DNA of 64,000 nucleotides from Bilabrum cf. latius (lineage: Eukaryota). The first letter of the stretch is position 1; each line of letters begins with the position of its first letter. The translations under genes were made by a program, and so were the position numbers. The notes beneath the pieces are model-generated. The model had not been told where the DNA came from. It was given only the letters and a program-made list of their open reading frames with translations, and ran no database searches. Of this stretch, positions 1-12,240 are shown piece after piece. Where the stretch lies: assembly GCA_965178125.1 (NCBI GenBank), contig OZ237752.1, positions 496,001-560,000 of the forward strand, read 5' to 3'.

Positions 1-2
1 TC

Positions 3-563
3 GACACTCCCTACGGCAAGTTCGGCGTGGGCATCTGCTACGACATGCGCTTTCCCCAGCTCGCCGCCCTGCTCCGCTCCTCGGGTTGCCACTACATCGT
101 GTATCCAGGTGCATTCAACACCACCACGGGCCCCGCGCACTGGGAGCTCCTGCAGAGGGGACGTGCCTTGGACAACCAGTGCTACGTGCTGACTTGTTCC
201 CCAGCCAGGAACCCCGCGGCCAGCTACCACGCCTGGGGCCACAGCACCATCGTGGACCCTTGGGGCTCGGTGGTTGCAACCACCGGGCACGAGGAAGCCA
301 TGGTGGTCGCGGAGATCACCCCGGCTAAGGTCGAGGAGATCCGGAGCCAGATTCCCGTGGGGGTGCAGTGGCGCAGCGACCTCTACGCAACTGGCTGGAG
401 GGGCGCCGACGGAGGTGCCAAGGCCCTCGTGGCCCTGGAGCAAGAGAGGGCTGAGCTGGCGGCCGCAGCAGGGGCAGGGTCTGGGGACTCGGATGGGAGC
501 GGCCTGTCCGGGAGGAAGAGGAGCAAGGTGGAGGCGGCGGCAGGTGCCGCCGAGGGGCAGTGA
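3..563 (+). CDS. NIT2: Nitrilase-family carbon-nitrogen hydrolase (omega-amidase NIT2-like), 5'-partial
   Basis: GICYDMRFP catalytic Cys motif, [34 protein letters not shown]. Runs off the left edge; ends TGA. Confidence 0.85.
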   Translation, partial: DTPYGKFGVGICYDMRFPQLAALLRSSGCHYIVYPGAFNTTTGPAHWELLQRGRALDNQCYVLTCSPARNPAASYHAWGHSTIVDPWGSVVATTGHEEAMVVAEITPAKVEEIRSQIPVGVQWRSDLYATGWRGADGGAKALVALEQERAELAAAAGAGSGDSDGSGLSGRKRSKVEAAAGAAEGQ

Positions 564-581
564 AGCAGTGTCTCGATCGAG

Positions 582-921
582 GATGGGAGGGATGCGATGG
601 GAGGGATGCGATGGGAGGGATGCGATGGGAGGGATGCGATGGGAGGGATGCGATGGGAGGGATGCGATGGGAGGGATGCGATGGGAGGGATGCGATGGGA
701 GGGATGCGATGGGAGGGATGCGATGGGAGGGATGCGATGGGAGGGATGCGATGGGAGGGATGCGATGGGAGGGATGCGATGGGAGGGATGCGATGGGAGG
801 GATGCGATGGGAGGGATGCGATGGGAGGGATGCGATGGGAGGGATGCGATGGGAGGGATGCGATGGGAGGGATGCGATGGGAGGGATGCGATGGGAGGGA
901 TGCGATGGGAGGGATGCGATG
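582..921. repeat. Minisatellite (GATGGGAGGGATGC)n, 14-bp unit, about 24 near-perfect copies
   Basis: Directly visible tandem array between two convergent genes. Confidence 0.95.
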
Positions 922-1097
922 GATGGCCGACCTGATCGAGATAGGGAAGGAGGAGCCCCCGCATATACTATCGAGAGCGGTGTTGCACAAAGAACAGCAT
1001 GCAATTGTCATGTTATTTCATGCTGGCATCTATCGTAAACTGATCGCATGCATGCACACGATTCTTTTTCCCTGATTCTTTCGTGGCAATCTTGTCG

Positions 1098-2482
1098 TCA
1101 GCCTCGCTTCCTCGCACCTCCAGACAGAGCCTCCGCGTTCTCCTCGGCAAAGTCTTTCAGCGTGCGGGGAGGCCTACCCAGCAGCCGCTCCACATCGCTA
1201 GTCAGCTCGCCCGCTAGCCCGGCGCGCGCAGTACCGTAGATCGCCGCGGTCACGCCAACATACGCCAAGGGGTCCCCCTACCTGACTCTGTGCATGACGA
1301 AGCCCAGCATGCCCGGGTCCTCGTACCTGTGGGGCACGCCCGTCGCTCCCTATAGGCTGCTCGCAACCTGACCGTAGGTGAGACTTTCTGGGCCGGTGAG
1401 GTCGTATGCTTTGCCTGCGTGCTCCTCCGGGTGCAACAAGGCCTGGGATGCCACGGCAGCGATGTCCTCAGCATCCACGAAGCTCGTCTTGCCCTCGGCG
1501 GCAGGAACCCGGATCACTCGCCCGCCGACTGAGCTCGTGTCGTCTGCGCGAAAAAAGGGGGCAGTGGCGTGTGATACTCTTCCGATGGAATATTAATTCC
1601 AGCGCGGACAAAGGACTGCGAGCTAACGTGCTGGGCCGTGGTCGAATGAGTGAACCACTGGCAGCGACACGCCCCGCAAAGCCTCACTCTCTACGTGTGG
1701 CCCAAGCAAGTTCTGCATGAAAAAGCTGGGCCGGAGCATCGTGAACGTTGGAGTAGTTGCATTGAATGGACCCGGCTGCGCGGCTGCGCTAGAATATCCG
1801 CTGCTGGGTCTATTTCTGTCGCTGCTGAATGCCGCGTTCATCCAGCCTGCCACGCCGTCGTGGGCTCGTCGCATCGAATCGCCAACACCATCGATATTGA
1901 CCGGCTCCTAGCCGCCCCCAAGATCTATGAGAGCATCTTCAATGGGCTTATGCGGCACTACCGGTATGTTCTAGATGCCTAGGAGGCTCAAGAATACAAA
2001 GTGCTGAATCCCTGCAGATCGCATGGCCCGGACTGCCGGAACAACGTCTCTTTGCGTGTTGGACAAGTGTGGTGGGCGCATCAAGAAGACTCTATCGACA
2101 CCATTAAAAGCAGCTTCCCAAGTTGACTTGTCGGTGAAGTCAAAGTGCCGTGATTCTGCGTTTGATGGATGGCTCGTCGAGCTGCTGGAATCATTCCGCG
2201 TGGCACAAGCCCTAATCACGCGGGTTTCCCCAAGACTATCTGCCAGCAAGTTGCTAACAACTCTTGTTCCCACATTTCCGGTCGCTCCTGCGGCGACTCA
2301 AGGGTTTTTGGGGGGTGATTCGAAGCGAGTTGCCGTTCGCTGATGGGGATGGATCAGTCGCAAGTCAGCCCAGCCTTACCGGTCACAAGGATGCTTGCGT
2401 GCCTTATCGGGCGTCCAGAGGTTTTGATACAAAGCGATCGTCTCACTGCTATGCCGATTGCGCCACTTTTGCGAGATAGCAT
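1098..2482 (-). CDS. NmrA/SDR-like NAD(P)-binding oxidoreductase with probable mitochondrial presequence; 3 exons; 4 in-frame TAG
   Basis: ATG 2482 (MLSRKSGAIGIAVRRS...). Intron 2288-2379 restores ILVTGATGNVG; second intron 1544-1687. Motifs LRPSFFMQN, TSFVDAEDIA, YDLTGPE, DVERLLGRPPRTL. TAG at 1971, 1908, 1350, 1278; ends TGA 1098. Confidence 0.85.
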
Positions 2483-2615
2483 ATCAACGGATGGCTAAGC
2501 GATCCTAAAGCCTGCCCTAGTGGTCGCTTAGGATGACGAGCAGCTTCGCAACGCGTGCATGCGGCCAGGACGACACGCTGCGATACAGCCACACATGTTA
2601 TGTCGGTACGTCAAT

Positions 2616-4178
2616 TCATGTTCGGGCACGTTTCTCAGCCGCCCCGCTCCCACCTCCCGCCCCGGCTCCTCCCTTCCTCCCGGCGCTCCTCCCGCGCTTG
2701 CTCCCCACCGCTGCAGCAGACCCACCCGCCCCAGCCCCACCGCCAGCAGCATCCTCCCTACCGACGGCCAGAGTAGGTCTCTTTACGTGGATAAAGCGCT
2801 CCACGTCCGTCCAAAACTTGCCTACCTGCTACGAATCCGAGTGCCTGGTGGACCTCTGGATGGGCAAGGGCGTCAGCGCCCACCGTCGCACGCAATTCGG
2901 TGTGTCCGCCCCGGCGTAATACATGTGAAACCCAGCCACGCGGTCGAACACCTCCGCGGGAGTGACGTCAGGTCTCCCCGCCTGCCTCCCCCACCTCCAC
3001 CCCTTGAACTGCCAGTCGGCCCCCAGGGCGAACACGGCCACGATCTTGCCCCAGTCCCCAGACCGGAACTGCTGCACCGAGTCCACCACGTAGTACTTCC
3101 GGTTATACCCCGTCCTCGCGTCCTGTCGGAATATCTCCAGCTTTGACGGCCGCGGAGCCGCCCCAAAGGCGGCCTTTGCCTCTGCAGGGGGCACGAACCT
3201 GCCCTCCTGCAGCAGCTGCTTGGCGTTGTACATGTTCACAAGGCTCGTGGTGGAGGCCGGGACGATGATGACGGGGGTACCGCGAGGACCCTTTTCCGTC
3301 CGTGTTGCGGCCGCGGCAGCGGCGGTCGCGCGAGTGTTGCTGAAGCGGCCACGGAGCTGCTGCTGCAAGGCCGCCGCGGCGGCCGTCTGTCCTGCCGCCC
3401 TAGCCTGATCGGCGGCTTGCTTGGTGGCCGCAGCCGAGGCTTTGGCCATGGCTCGCTGCGCCTCCTCCTCCTTGTGGTGGAACTGGGCAAACACAAAGTC
3501 GCGCAGGTAGGTCCCCCTCGGGTTGGGCGCGTCCAGCACCGTGTTCCGGGTTAGCCAGAGCTGCTCGCCCGCCCGCGCCATGAGCGCGAGGCACGAAGGG
3601 TCGTCGTCGCTCCAGGACTCGCCCGCGGCGGCGGCGGAGGAGGAGGAAGAAGACGATGACGATGACGATCGGGAGGGTGCTGCTGCGGAGCCTGTCCCGT
3701 TCGAGCTGGCAGAGGACTTGCTTGGAGTCCCTGCAGGAACCGTGGGGCCGCCGGTGCCTGCTCCGCTGGATGGTCCCGAGCCAGGCTCTACGATGACTTT
3801 GCTGGAAGCAGCTTCGGCCGCCAGTTCCAATACTTTCTTTTGATCAATTATGTCCGATGCTGCCGAGGTTCCTTTCAAGAAGCTGATGATTGCTGGCTGC
3901 TACGCAATGGTCGGCAGCTGCTAGCCCCCGCCCACAAGCTGCAATTTCATTGCTTCTTTCATTAGGACCCCGACACCTTGGCCCTACATGCTATAAACGA
4001 GCCAAATGGCCCCCAAAGTAAACTGCTGATTCTTCTTCGGATCAACGATTGGAGTTGGGAGCTGCAAGGGGTATCCTATACGAGCGCCATCCGCTACAGT
4101 CATCACCAGCTTGTCTCCCTCCACGCCGACCGGCAGCTTCGATACAACACATGATCGCAACAGATTGACAGCCTCCAT
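2616..4178 (-). CDS. CDC73: CDC73/parafibromin (PAF1 complex subunit), about 520 aa; 4 in-frame TAG
   Basis: C-terminal domain TPVIIVP..TSLVNMYNAKQLLQEGRFVP, YYVVDS, DWGKIVAVF..GADWQFKGW, RH.D...KFW. N-terminal FTLGAIW and IISFLKG. One frame with TAG at 3984, 3921, 3900, 2829; ends TGA. Confidence 0.88.
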
Positions 4179-4335
4179 TGCTTTGGTTCGGAATTCAAAT
4201 CGGGCCCAAGGCTAATTTCGGTGAAGTTGTGAATCCGGGTTTGTCGTTTAAACCGCGCCTTACATTGGTCAAGCGCCGAACTTTCTTCGACCTTTCGCGG
4301 AAGCAGCACCGAACTCACTTCAATCTTCAGCAAGC

Positions 4336-5700
4336 ATGGGGTCATCCCTGTCATCACGCGTCCTCGAAGCAATCAAAACTAACGATTCGGAGAAATTGAG
4401 AATAGCACTCCAGTCTGTGCCGCACGGGGACCAGTCTGTGCTCGGAGTGGCTGACACTACTGATCGTGGTCGAACGCCTCTAATTTTAGCTGCAAGGTCT
4501 GGAAACGGGTACGCGGTGGCATTGCTTCTCATGCACGGTGCCAATCCTAATGAAGCCGACGAGTTACTTGCCACCCCGCTGCACTATGCCCAAACTGCGA
4601 GCACAGTGGGCCAGCTGCTTGGGGCAGGCGCCAATCCGAACGCAAGAAACAAATTTTGGGCGACTCCGTTGTCCTTATGCATTGGGGAGGGCAATTATGA
4701 AAAGGCTAAATCTCTCGTCTTGTCGGGGGCAAAGCTGAACGTCGTAGATAAGCGCGGCTGGTCACCGCTTGACTGCGCTCTGCACTGGGAGCAAAACTTG
4801 GACGATCCTCATACCGGCACGCTCGGTCAGAGGCATGCCGCTGACTGGTTAAGAAGGCAAGGAGCTTTGTCGGCACATTTTGAAAGGTCGGACATCTCGT
4901 TGTTCGAAGTAGCTCCGGCTGATTTGGGCTTGCGACCACCGCCGGGTGCATGGACAGCACCACCAGCAGGCGGTGCCGCCGGGCTGGGAGTCCCCGTGAC
5001 GATCACGAACTCGGGTCCATCTGCCAGTGGAGATATCAAGCGAGCCGATGCCGACGGTGGTACATATGCTGCAGGGGCGGCTGGACCGGATGATGGCACT
5101 GCTGGCACTGCCGCCGCCGCCGGGTACGAGGAGGGGATGTCGCTGCTTGCGACCAAGTACGAGGCGATGAGGGCCGCAGGAGACATCCCCGGGGGACTTG
5201 GGGACAGCGCGCCACCCGCAGGCAAGGCTGCCGCAGGAGGGTCTGCAGGCGAAGCGCACGGTATGGAGCCGCCCAAAGCGCCGCAGCCCAGTGCACCCGT
5301 TGCGCCGACGGCCCCGCCAGACTCTTTGGAGCTCGGTGGTGCAGCGTCTGCGCCTCAGCCCGCGGCCTTGTCTGCGGATGCGGTTTTGGACGGGTGGATC
5401 GGGGTGGTGCGCTCGAGCTCCAGCCCCGAGGGGGTGTGCTTCGCGCTCGATGCACTGAGGGCACATTGCGATTCCGGGTCCGAGATAGGGGAGAGGGTCA
5501 GGAGCGAGGATGCGAGGGGGCGGCTGGTGGAGGCGGGGCTGGAGAGGCGAGCCCGGGGGGAGGAGCAGTGGCCCGCGGAGTGCGCCACTCGGTTCGGCGC
5601 CTTGCTATGTGCGATCGACGAGCACAAGGTGCGACCGGTGTACGCGCCGGCCATGCCGACACCTGCAGCGCCGCCGGCTCCCGTGCCACCAGCCTCATGA
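4336..5700 (+). CDS. Ankyrin-repeat protein with low-complexity C-terminus (possible N-myristoylation, MGSSLS)
   Basis: GRTPLILAA, ATPLHYA, ATPLSL, GWSPLDCA ankyrin repeats; ends TGA. Confidence 0.85.
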   Translation: MGSSLSSRVLEAIKTNDSEKLRIALQSVPHGDQSVLGVADTTDRGRTPLILAARSGNGYAVALLLMHGANPNEADELLATPLHYAQTASTVGQLLGAGANPNARNKFWATPLSLCIGEGNYEKAKSLVLSGAKLNVVDKRGWSPLDCALHWEQNLDDPHTGTLGQRHAADWLRRQGALSAHFERSDISLFEVAPADLGLRPPPGAWTAPPAGGAAGLGVPVTITNSGPSASGDIKRADADGGTYAAGAAGPDDGTAGTAAAAGYEEGMSLLATKYEAMRAAGDIPGGLGDSAPPAGKAAAGGSAGEAHGMEPPKAPQPSAPVAPTAPPDSLELGGAASAPQPAALSADAVLDGWIGVVRSSSSPEGVCFALDALRAHCDSGSEIGERVRSEDARGRLVEAGLERRARGEEQWPAECATRFGALLCAIDEHKVRPVYAPAMPTPAAPPAPVPPAS

Positions 5701-6244
5701 ACCATGATTCGAACGTGCTGCGATGCATGGTCCGCTGCGATGGTAATAAGCCGTGCTGGCGTGCCCGGGGTAAGAAACCGGTTGGACAGGACACATGGCA
5801 TCATGGCATGAGACAAGCGTTTCCAGAGCTTTCAATTACGTGCTGCCGACATGGTTGCTTGAATTGCGCTGCAATTGAATGCAATTACTATAATTGAAAG
5901 ATAAAGATAAAATCTGCGATGCACGACGCTGGCGGAGCAGCCGGACCAAGACAAGAGAAACACCTGCCTTGCGACTGGCAAACCCACAAATTTCAAGAGG
6001 ATAAGACTTGTTACATATGAGTGCCTCTGCACACGAGTGGTGGTGAGATATACTGGCTCCTCCTGCACGTAGCTGCAAATGATACCAACCAGTGATACCT
6101 CCACATGAAGGTCTGTTCTCGAGCACGCCTTGTTGCAGGCGCCGACTTGTTGGGGACTCAGCAAACGTTCCAAGTGAAGTACTCGCCAATATTTTGATTG
6201 GGAAGTCATATGTCCCTGATGGACTGCATATAGCTCACATACAG

Positions 6245-8157
6245 GCGATCTGCTCAGGGTTGATCGGGCAAACTACCGAAGGTTCTGCCTCGTCTATCTC
6301 CAGGGACTCCGTAAGGATACAAAAAAGATACTGAATACTGATTGTCTCTTTCGTTTTACTACGGTGTGCTTGCGAACCCAGTGTCAGCCAGCTACTCCGC
6401 TTCCCATCTCGCAGTTCGTCCAATTCTGTGGCGTATTTGGGACCGAGGGCGATATGCTGCGCGCTGCTGCCGCGTTGCTGTTGCCTGCTGAGGACCCACA
6501 GGCCCATCATCCCTGTAATGTGGCCATGACTCGGCTGGGTAGGCTTCCAATCTGCCCGCCGCACTGGTGGAGACCCGATATGGATGGACGCAGCGTAGCG
6601 AGCAAGGTTCGCAGCAATGATAGCCAGTATGTCTTCGATGGCGCATTTTTGCTACGTTACTCCAGCGCGCCCGGGATGCTGGCTGTAGACTACCTGAAGA
6701 CGAGTGCAGGTGGAGCCCTGCAGCACCACAAGACCTAGATCAAGCAAGACAGGGCTGGCCGCTTGTGCGTGTCAGTCCGAAGCGGGAGGGGCGAAGAAAC
6801 GAGGACAGGAACCGTCCCAGAGCTCATCCGATCGCTGGGCACGCATGCCCTGCGGGTGCCCATGGGAGGGAGGCCTCGCTGGTGCATCGACAAGCATTCG
6901 CTGCCCGCTGTGGCGGGCAGTTCCGCAGATCGCGCGGCGCCGGCCGTTGGTCATGACGAGGGCGCCCCCAGCGGGTATGATGCCGTTGATGAGGCCGATC
7001 TCATTGTCAGGGACTCGCCTTCGAGCACAGAAGCGGGGGCTCAAGGCGCAGGTGCAGCCGCAGTGCGTGGCTCCGGATACACGGAAGCGGAAGAAAGCTG
7101 GGGAAGTGTAGTAGCTCAGGCGTCGTCATCAGGAGGGGCGGCGATCGGAAATGGTTCTCAGGGCACAGGGCCCGCCGCGTCGTCAGCAGCACCAGCGCAG
7201 CACGACCTGCGGCCTCTACCGGCCACCCTCGGGAGCAGCACAGGGACCCATGACCCGGAAATGCGTAGGTGCCTTTCGGATGGGAGCAGGGAACAGGGTG
7301 TAACGAACCCGATAGATGCAGCGTTCCCCATCCAGGGGGGTGACGATGGCGTGTATGACATGGCACAGCCAGCTCGAGACCGCTAGCAAGACGTGCTTGT
7401 GACAACCCCGGGAGGCCCTCATCATGGGGCTTCTGTCGGTCGTGCTGGTGCTGGTGCTGGTGCTGGTGCTGGTGCCGGTGCCGGTGCTGGTGCTGGTGCT
7501 GGCTGTGGTGCGAGACCAGCCTACGAGGACTACGGTGAGGATGAGCAAGAGGGCGGGGGTGCTGCCACAGCTGCGGATGAGACTGCGAGGCATGCAGAGC
7601 CTGCTTCGGGGGCATACGGCGACTTTGAAGGGGATGCTGCTGGCAGCAATAGCCAGGCAGCTCCATCGTCAGCGCAGCAGCCGGCTCGGCTGGGATCGGC
7701 GGCTTACAACGATTTTGACGAAGGCAGCGCGGAAGTGGACAGGGGAGCCATGCCTCAAGGTGCGCAGGGACCGAGAGCTGGGCCGGGGGCAGGCACGAGC
7801 GTCACAAGGGTGCAATTGGCTGGAGCTGGACCAGGTGCGCCGAGGTCAGGAGCCCCTCCAGTGCAGCGCGTGAGCAGCTTGGCCGAAGAGGTACCGACCG
7901 GCACCCACCGACAAGCAAGCGCCGATTCGTATGGCGACTTTGAAGCGGGTTCAGGTGGGGTACTGATCACGGCAGGCAGAGGGACTGGGCCACCGCAGGC
8001 TCTCCGACAAGGGACGGCGGCGAGCTATGGCGACTTTGATGCGGGGCAGCTAAGTGGTGACTCGAACCTGGCTCAGGTGACCATGGCACGGCAGGCCTCT
8101 GAGGATCCGCCCTTGGGCGGCTCTGCCATCGACCAGTACCAGGGGTTCGAGTCGTGA
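6245..8157 (+). CDS. SH2-domain protein with an acidic tail carrying repeated Tyr motifs; 5' exon(s) unresolved; 2 in-frame TAG
   Basis: ORFs 6364-6738, 6763-7386 and 7393-8157 share one frame separated only by TAG. WW...DGAFLLRYSS..GMLAVDY...TVPELI resembles SH2. The frame opens after a likely acceptor (ACAG, 6244); ends TGA. Confidence 0.65.
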
Positions 8158-8936
8158 TCCAGCCACATGTTCGGAGCGCGAAGACGGGCTATGTGAGTAG
8201 TCTAACGCTCCTGGTGGTGTCTTTAGCTTAGGATGCCGTGTATTTTGGACTGGACTAACCAGATGCTGCCACTTCGATCAACACTGATACGGATCCGGTC
8301 TGATCCGGATTCCGGATTCCGGATTGAGTTAGCGAGTCACTGAGATCACAGATCCCCGCCACGCCTGGAAGTGGCCGCAACGAAGGAAGCATTGCACCTG
8401 CCGCCGACCTTTGGCCAAGACTAGCAGCAGGAAAAATGGTTGGGCTGGTCTGCGGCGCTGCTGACGGAGCAGCGGCCGCCCGCATCCCGCCAGACGCTTC
8501 CGAATTAGGCCGACTTTTGGACGCTGCCCAACGCGCAGCGCGCACTGATCCCTGATCCGAGTCACTCGTCACCCACACGCCCACAACACCTCCGCCTGCA
8601 CGGCCTGTGCCCCCCCCCCCCCTCGTAATCCGCCTTATCAACCAAATGACCCCAACAATCATCTCCTCCTCCACTACTCCCTCACCCGCTAGGTGAACCG
8701 TCACCCCTCTCTACTCCGCCCTCACCCCCCTTTCGCCCACCCCTAGCCGCCGTTCATGCTCGCACCTCACTGACCTAGCCTCATCACCGCGCTTTCTACT
8801 CCGCTTTGCTGCGTCGCATCTGGTCCTGCACCTCGAGCGGGTAGTGCGCCCGACGATAAACCTCAAAGACCCCATTGGTTTGACCTACGATCTTGCTAGC
8901 TGCATTGTCTACCCAATAAACTACGTATCAGCAGCA

Positions 8937-10595
8937 TCAGTCACAAATCTACATGTGCCTCTTGAGACTGCCTGCCTCCCCGAATGACTTGCCGCACACG
9001 CTGCACTCGTGCTTGCGCTCGCCCAGGTGCACCACTGACATGTGCGTCTTGAGACTGCCTGCCTGCCCAAATGACTTGCCGCACACGCTGCACTCGTGCT
9101 TGCGCTCGCCCAGGTGCACCACTGACATGTGCGTCTTGAGATGACCTGCCTGACCAAATGACTTGCCGCACATGCTGCACTCGTGCTTGCGCTCGCCCAG
9201 ATGCACCACAGACATGTGCCTCTTGAGACTGCCTGCCTGCCCGAATGACTTGCCGCACATGCTGCACTCGTGCTTGCGCTACCCCAGGTGCACCACTGAC
9301 ATGTGCCTCTTGAGACTGCCTGCCATTCCAAATGACTTGCCGCACACACTGCACTCGTGCTTGCGCTATCCCAGGTGCACCACGGACATGTGCGTATTGA
9401 GATTGCCTGCCATCCCAAATGACTTGCCGCACACGCTGCACTCGTGCTTGCGCTCGCCATGATGCACCACAGACATGTGCGTCTTGAGACTGCATGCCAC
9501 CCCGAATGACTTGCCGCACACGCTGCACTCGTGCTTGCGCTCGCCATGATGCACCACTGACATGTGCCTCTTGAGATGGCCTGCCTGCCCAAATGACTTG
9601 CCGCACACGCTGCACTCGTGCTTGCGCTCGCCCAGGTGCACCACTGACATGTGCTTCTTGATATTGCCTGCTTCCGCAAATGACTTGCCGCACACGCTGC
9701 ATGCATGCTTGCGCTCGCCCAGGTGCACCACGGACATGTGCCTCTTGAGATGGCCTGCCATCCCAAATGACTTGCCGCACACGCTGCACTCGTGCTTGCG
9801 CTATCCCAGGTGCACCACAGACATGTGCGTCTTGAGACTGCTTGCCACCCCAAATGACTTGCCGCACACGCTGCACTCGTGCTTGCGCTCGCCCAGGTGC
9901 ACCACTGACATGTGCGTCTTGAGACTGCTTGCCTGCCCAAATGACTTGCCGCACACGCTGCACTCGTGCTTGCGCTCGCCCAGGTGCACCACTGACATGT
10001 GCGTCTTGAGACTGCTTGCCTGCCCAAATGACTTGCCGCACACGCTGCACTCGTGCTTGCGCTCGCCATGATTCGTCACAGATACAGGTCGCCTCAAGCT
10101 CTGCATTGACCCCAGCACATTGCCGCTTTCGCGCTTCTCCTCTCCTATTGGCAAACCCTAGCCTCCCTTCCCCTTCCGTTTCTTTACCCTTGCCCTCTAC
10201 TAGTCAGGCTCGCTATCACCGCCAGACTGCTCGTGTCGGCTGCGCTTCTGGCCAGCCGAGGCACTGCCAGCGCCCCCTGTGCCTGCTTTCAGACTCGCCT
10301 GCATTATCGATGGCACCATGCTATGCGACATCAAGCTGCCGGCTGCTTCCGAAACGCCGGTTGCAGCACCAAATCGACGTCCTGCACTTGCTCCAGCCTC
10401 AAGAGACCGAGCCTTCTCCTTCCCACCTGTGCCATACCTGCGCTGCAGTCCACTCGGTCTCGATATAACCAATGCACCAGACCGGCCAAGATCACCGGAA
10501 GCGCCCGTCTCCTTTCCACTCGCATTGCTTGAGTCACTGTCACTGTCGCTCACGAGGTCGATGACTTCGTCGGACTTCGATCTGCTAAGCGCCAT
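8937..10595 (-). CDS. Multi-C2H2 zinc-finger protein, 13 tandem fingers (87-bp unit), about 552 aa; 7 in-frame TAG
   Basis: HECSVCGKSFG...LK.HMSVVHLGERK repeats. TAG at 10200, 10197, 10158, 9801, 9366, 9279, 8949; TGA at 8937. Confidence 0.88.
8949..10070 (-). repeat. 87-bp coding tandem repeat (zinc-finger array)
   Basis: Near-identical 87-bp units varying mainly in the recognition-helix codons. Confidence 0.9.
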
Positions 10596-10908
10596 CTTCG
10601 ATGATGTATAAACAAACCTATATGCTTACTTCGCACAGGTCCGAGGACCAGACGCAACACGCGAGCAGACGCCGCCCTGAATGACGGCCACCGAGAAGCC
10701 ACTTTGTGTGCGGCCGAACTCCAGACGCTGACCAAATTTGCCCAAAGGAAAGGAATCGGCAAGAACACGATCAAAGATCTCTCAAGCCAACTGTTGGTGA
10801 TACTATCAACACAACCAAGTGTCCTAGAGTGAGATAAATTGATAGAGCGCGCCTAGTTGTTCAAACTACACGCTACCCGCCGAAGGCTCCAGTACCCAGT
10901 ATCAGTAA

Positions 10909-12240
10909 GGACATCAGGCATCTTGCCAGCTCCCAAACGGTGCATATCATGGGATCACTCGTGGGGGTGATGGTGCCCCTCATGGGGTCGGCATTTACGT
11001 CTCTAAGGAATCTGGACTGAGCCTCCGACGATGGGAAAATCTGTCTGATGATGACCATGCCTGCAAAGACTGCATCATCGCGGACGTCCAAAAGGGCAAT
11101 CAGTATGTATTGACTGCTGTGGTTGTTTACAATCCGCCTCAGAAGGCAGTTGTTGGAGAACAGTGGCGAGACAACTGGACCTAGCTTCTTCAGGTAACCC
11201 ATGAGGGCCTCCTTGTCAACGGGACCCGAACTCGGACAGAGCACTTTGATCCCTCTCGGTGTATCTTCATGGGAGATGTCAACCCTGACCAGAGTTGGGA
11301 GTTCAGTGGTGCTGACCGAATTGACAGCTACTTCTCCAAAATCCGTATGTCTGGCCTCCAGCGTGTCTCAGTGATGGGCAGTCCACCCATGCAAAGGGAG
11401 GAATACTGGATGCGATCATTGTCCCGGAACACTGGTGCATTGCTGAGAGCGGGGTTGTCAACCCTGACCGATCGAGCGATCAACTCCGGGACCATGCTGT
11501 CGTGCACGCAACAGTTGGATTCGGGTACAACACACAACTGGACCGGCCTCACCCAGTGCAGGACCCTTTGCCAGTCCAGACCGCCATGCAGCGACTTCGG
11601 ACAACCAGTCGGTCAGTGCAAGACACAATCTGGACTAGATACTCTGAATTGGTGAGGATGTCATCTGCCTAGCTCTGGCGCCTATCTGATGAAATCAACA
11701 TGACGATCCGGAACCTAGGAGAGTATGACCCGCATCAGAACGATCATGTCCACGACCTGCTTCAGCAGTCCGTCTGCTCACTCCGAGAGATCTTCCACTC
11801 TGCATTCGTGGAATCGGTTACAACCAGCCCTGCTTCTGGCTCGAGTAGTCGACGCAGACGAGGCAGGCCTGGCAAGCTACGAAACAAGAAGAGTCGGAGT
11901 AAGAACAAGACCCTCTTGGCTGGATGGATTGCAGCGGCCAACCATTTTCTGGACATGTGTGCTGCGTCCCGACCGGATGTGCGAAGCCTAAGTAAAGCCG
12001 CTGCTTCACTACGACGTCGCGGACTGAAATTGGCTAAGCTGAAAGAAGCTCTTGGTCGGGTCTTCCGTAGTACGGCCTGGAGTGATGGAGACATCCACCC
12101 GCAGACCCTTCAGCACCCTGAATCAAGAGAAACCCTCCGTCGTGATGTTCTGTCAGACCTGCAGGCTACTTCGGATGTTGGTGCACAAGGAGCACGAGTC
12201 AATGGCGAAGTCCTCCGGCAACAGCTCGACACATGCCCTA
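10909..12240 (+). pseudogene. Apurinic-like (EEP) endonuclease domain of the LINE ORF, frameshifted
   Basis: HGVGIYVS, VVVYNPP, IFMGDVN in one frame; THAKGGILDAIIV and RDHAVV in another frame after about 11370, implying a 1-nt frameshift. Confidence 0.7.

Noticed and set aside
274-1075. Repetitive ORFs (MGGMRWEGCDGRDA)n and their antisense versions
   Set aside because: Artefacts of a stop-free 14-bp minisatellite.
9279-9803. UAG = Glu (or pyrrolysine/Trp/Leu)
   Set aside because: The zinc-finger linkers and a few variable columns fit Glu, but the IQ motifs and the TAG/CAG alternation favour Gln. No pyl genes were seen. Not formally excluded without proteomics.
10906-10908. In-frame TAA ahead of the APE motifs as evidence for UAA = Gln
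   Set aside because: It lies at the uncertain 5' edge of a disrupted TE copy that also has frameshifts, so it is uninformative.
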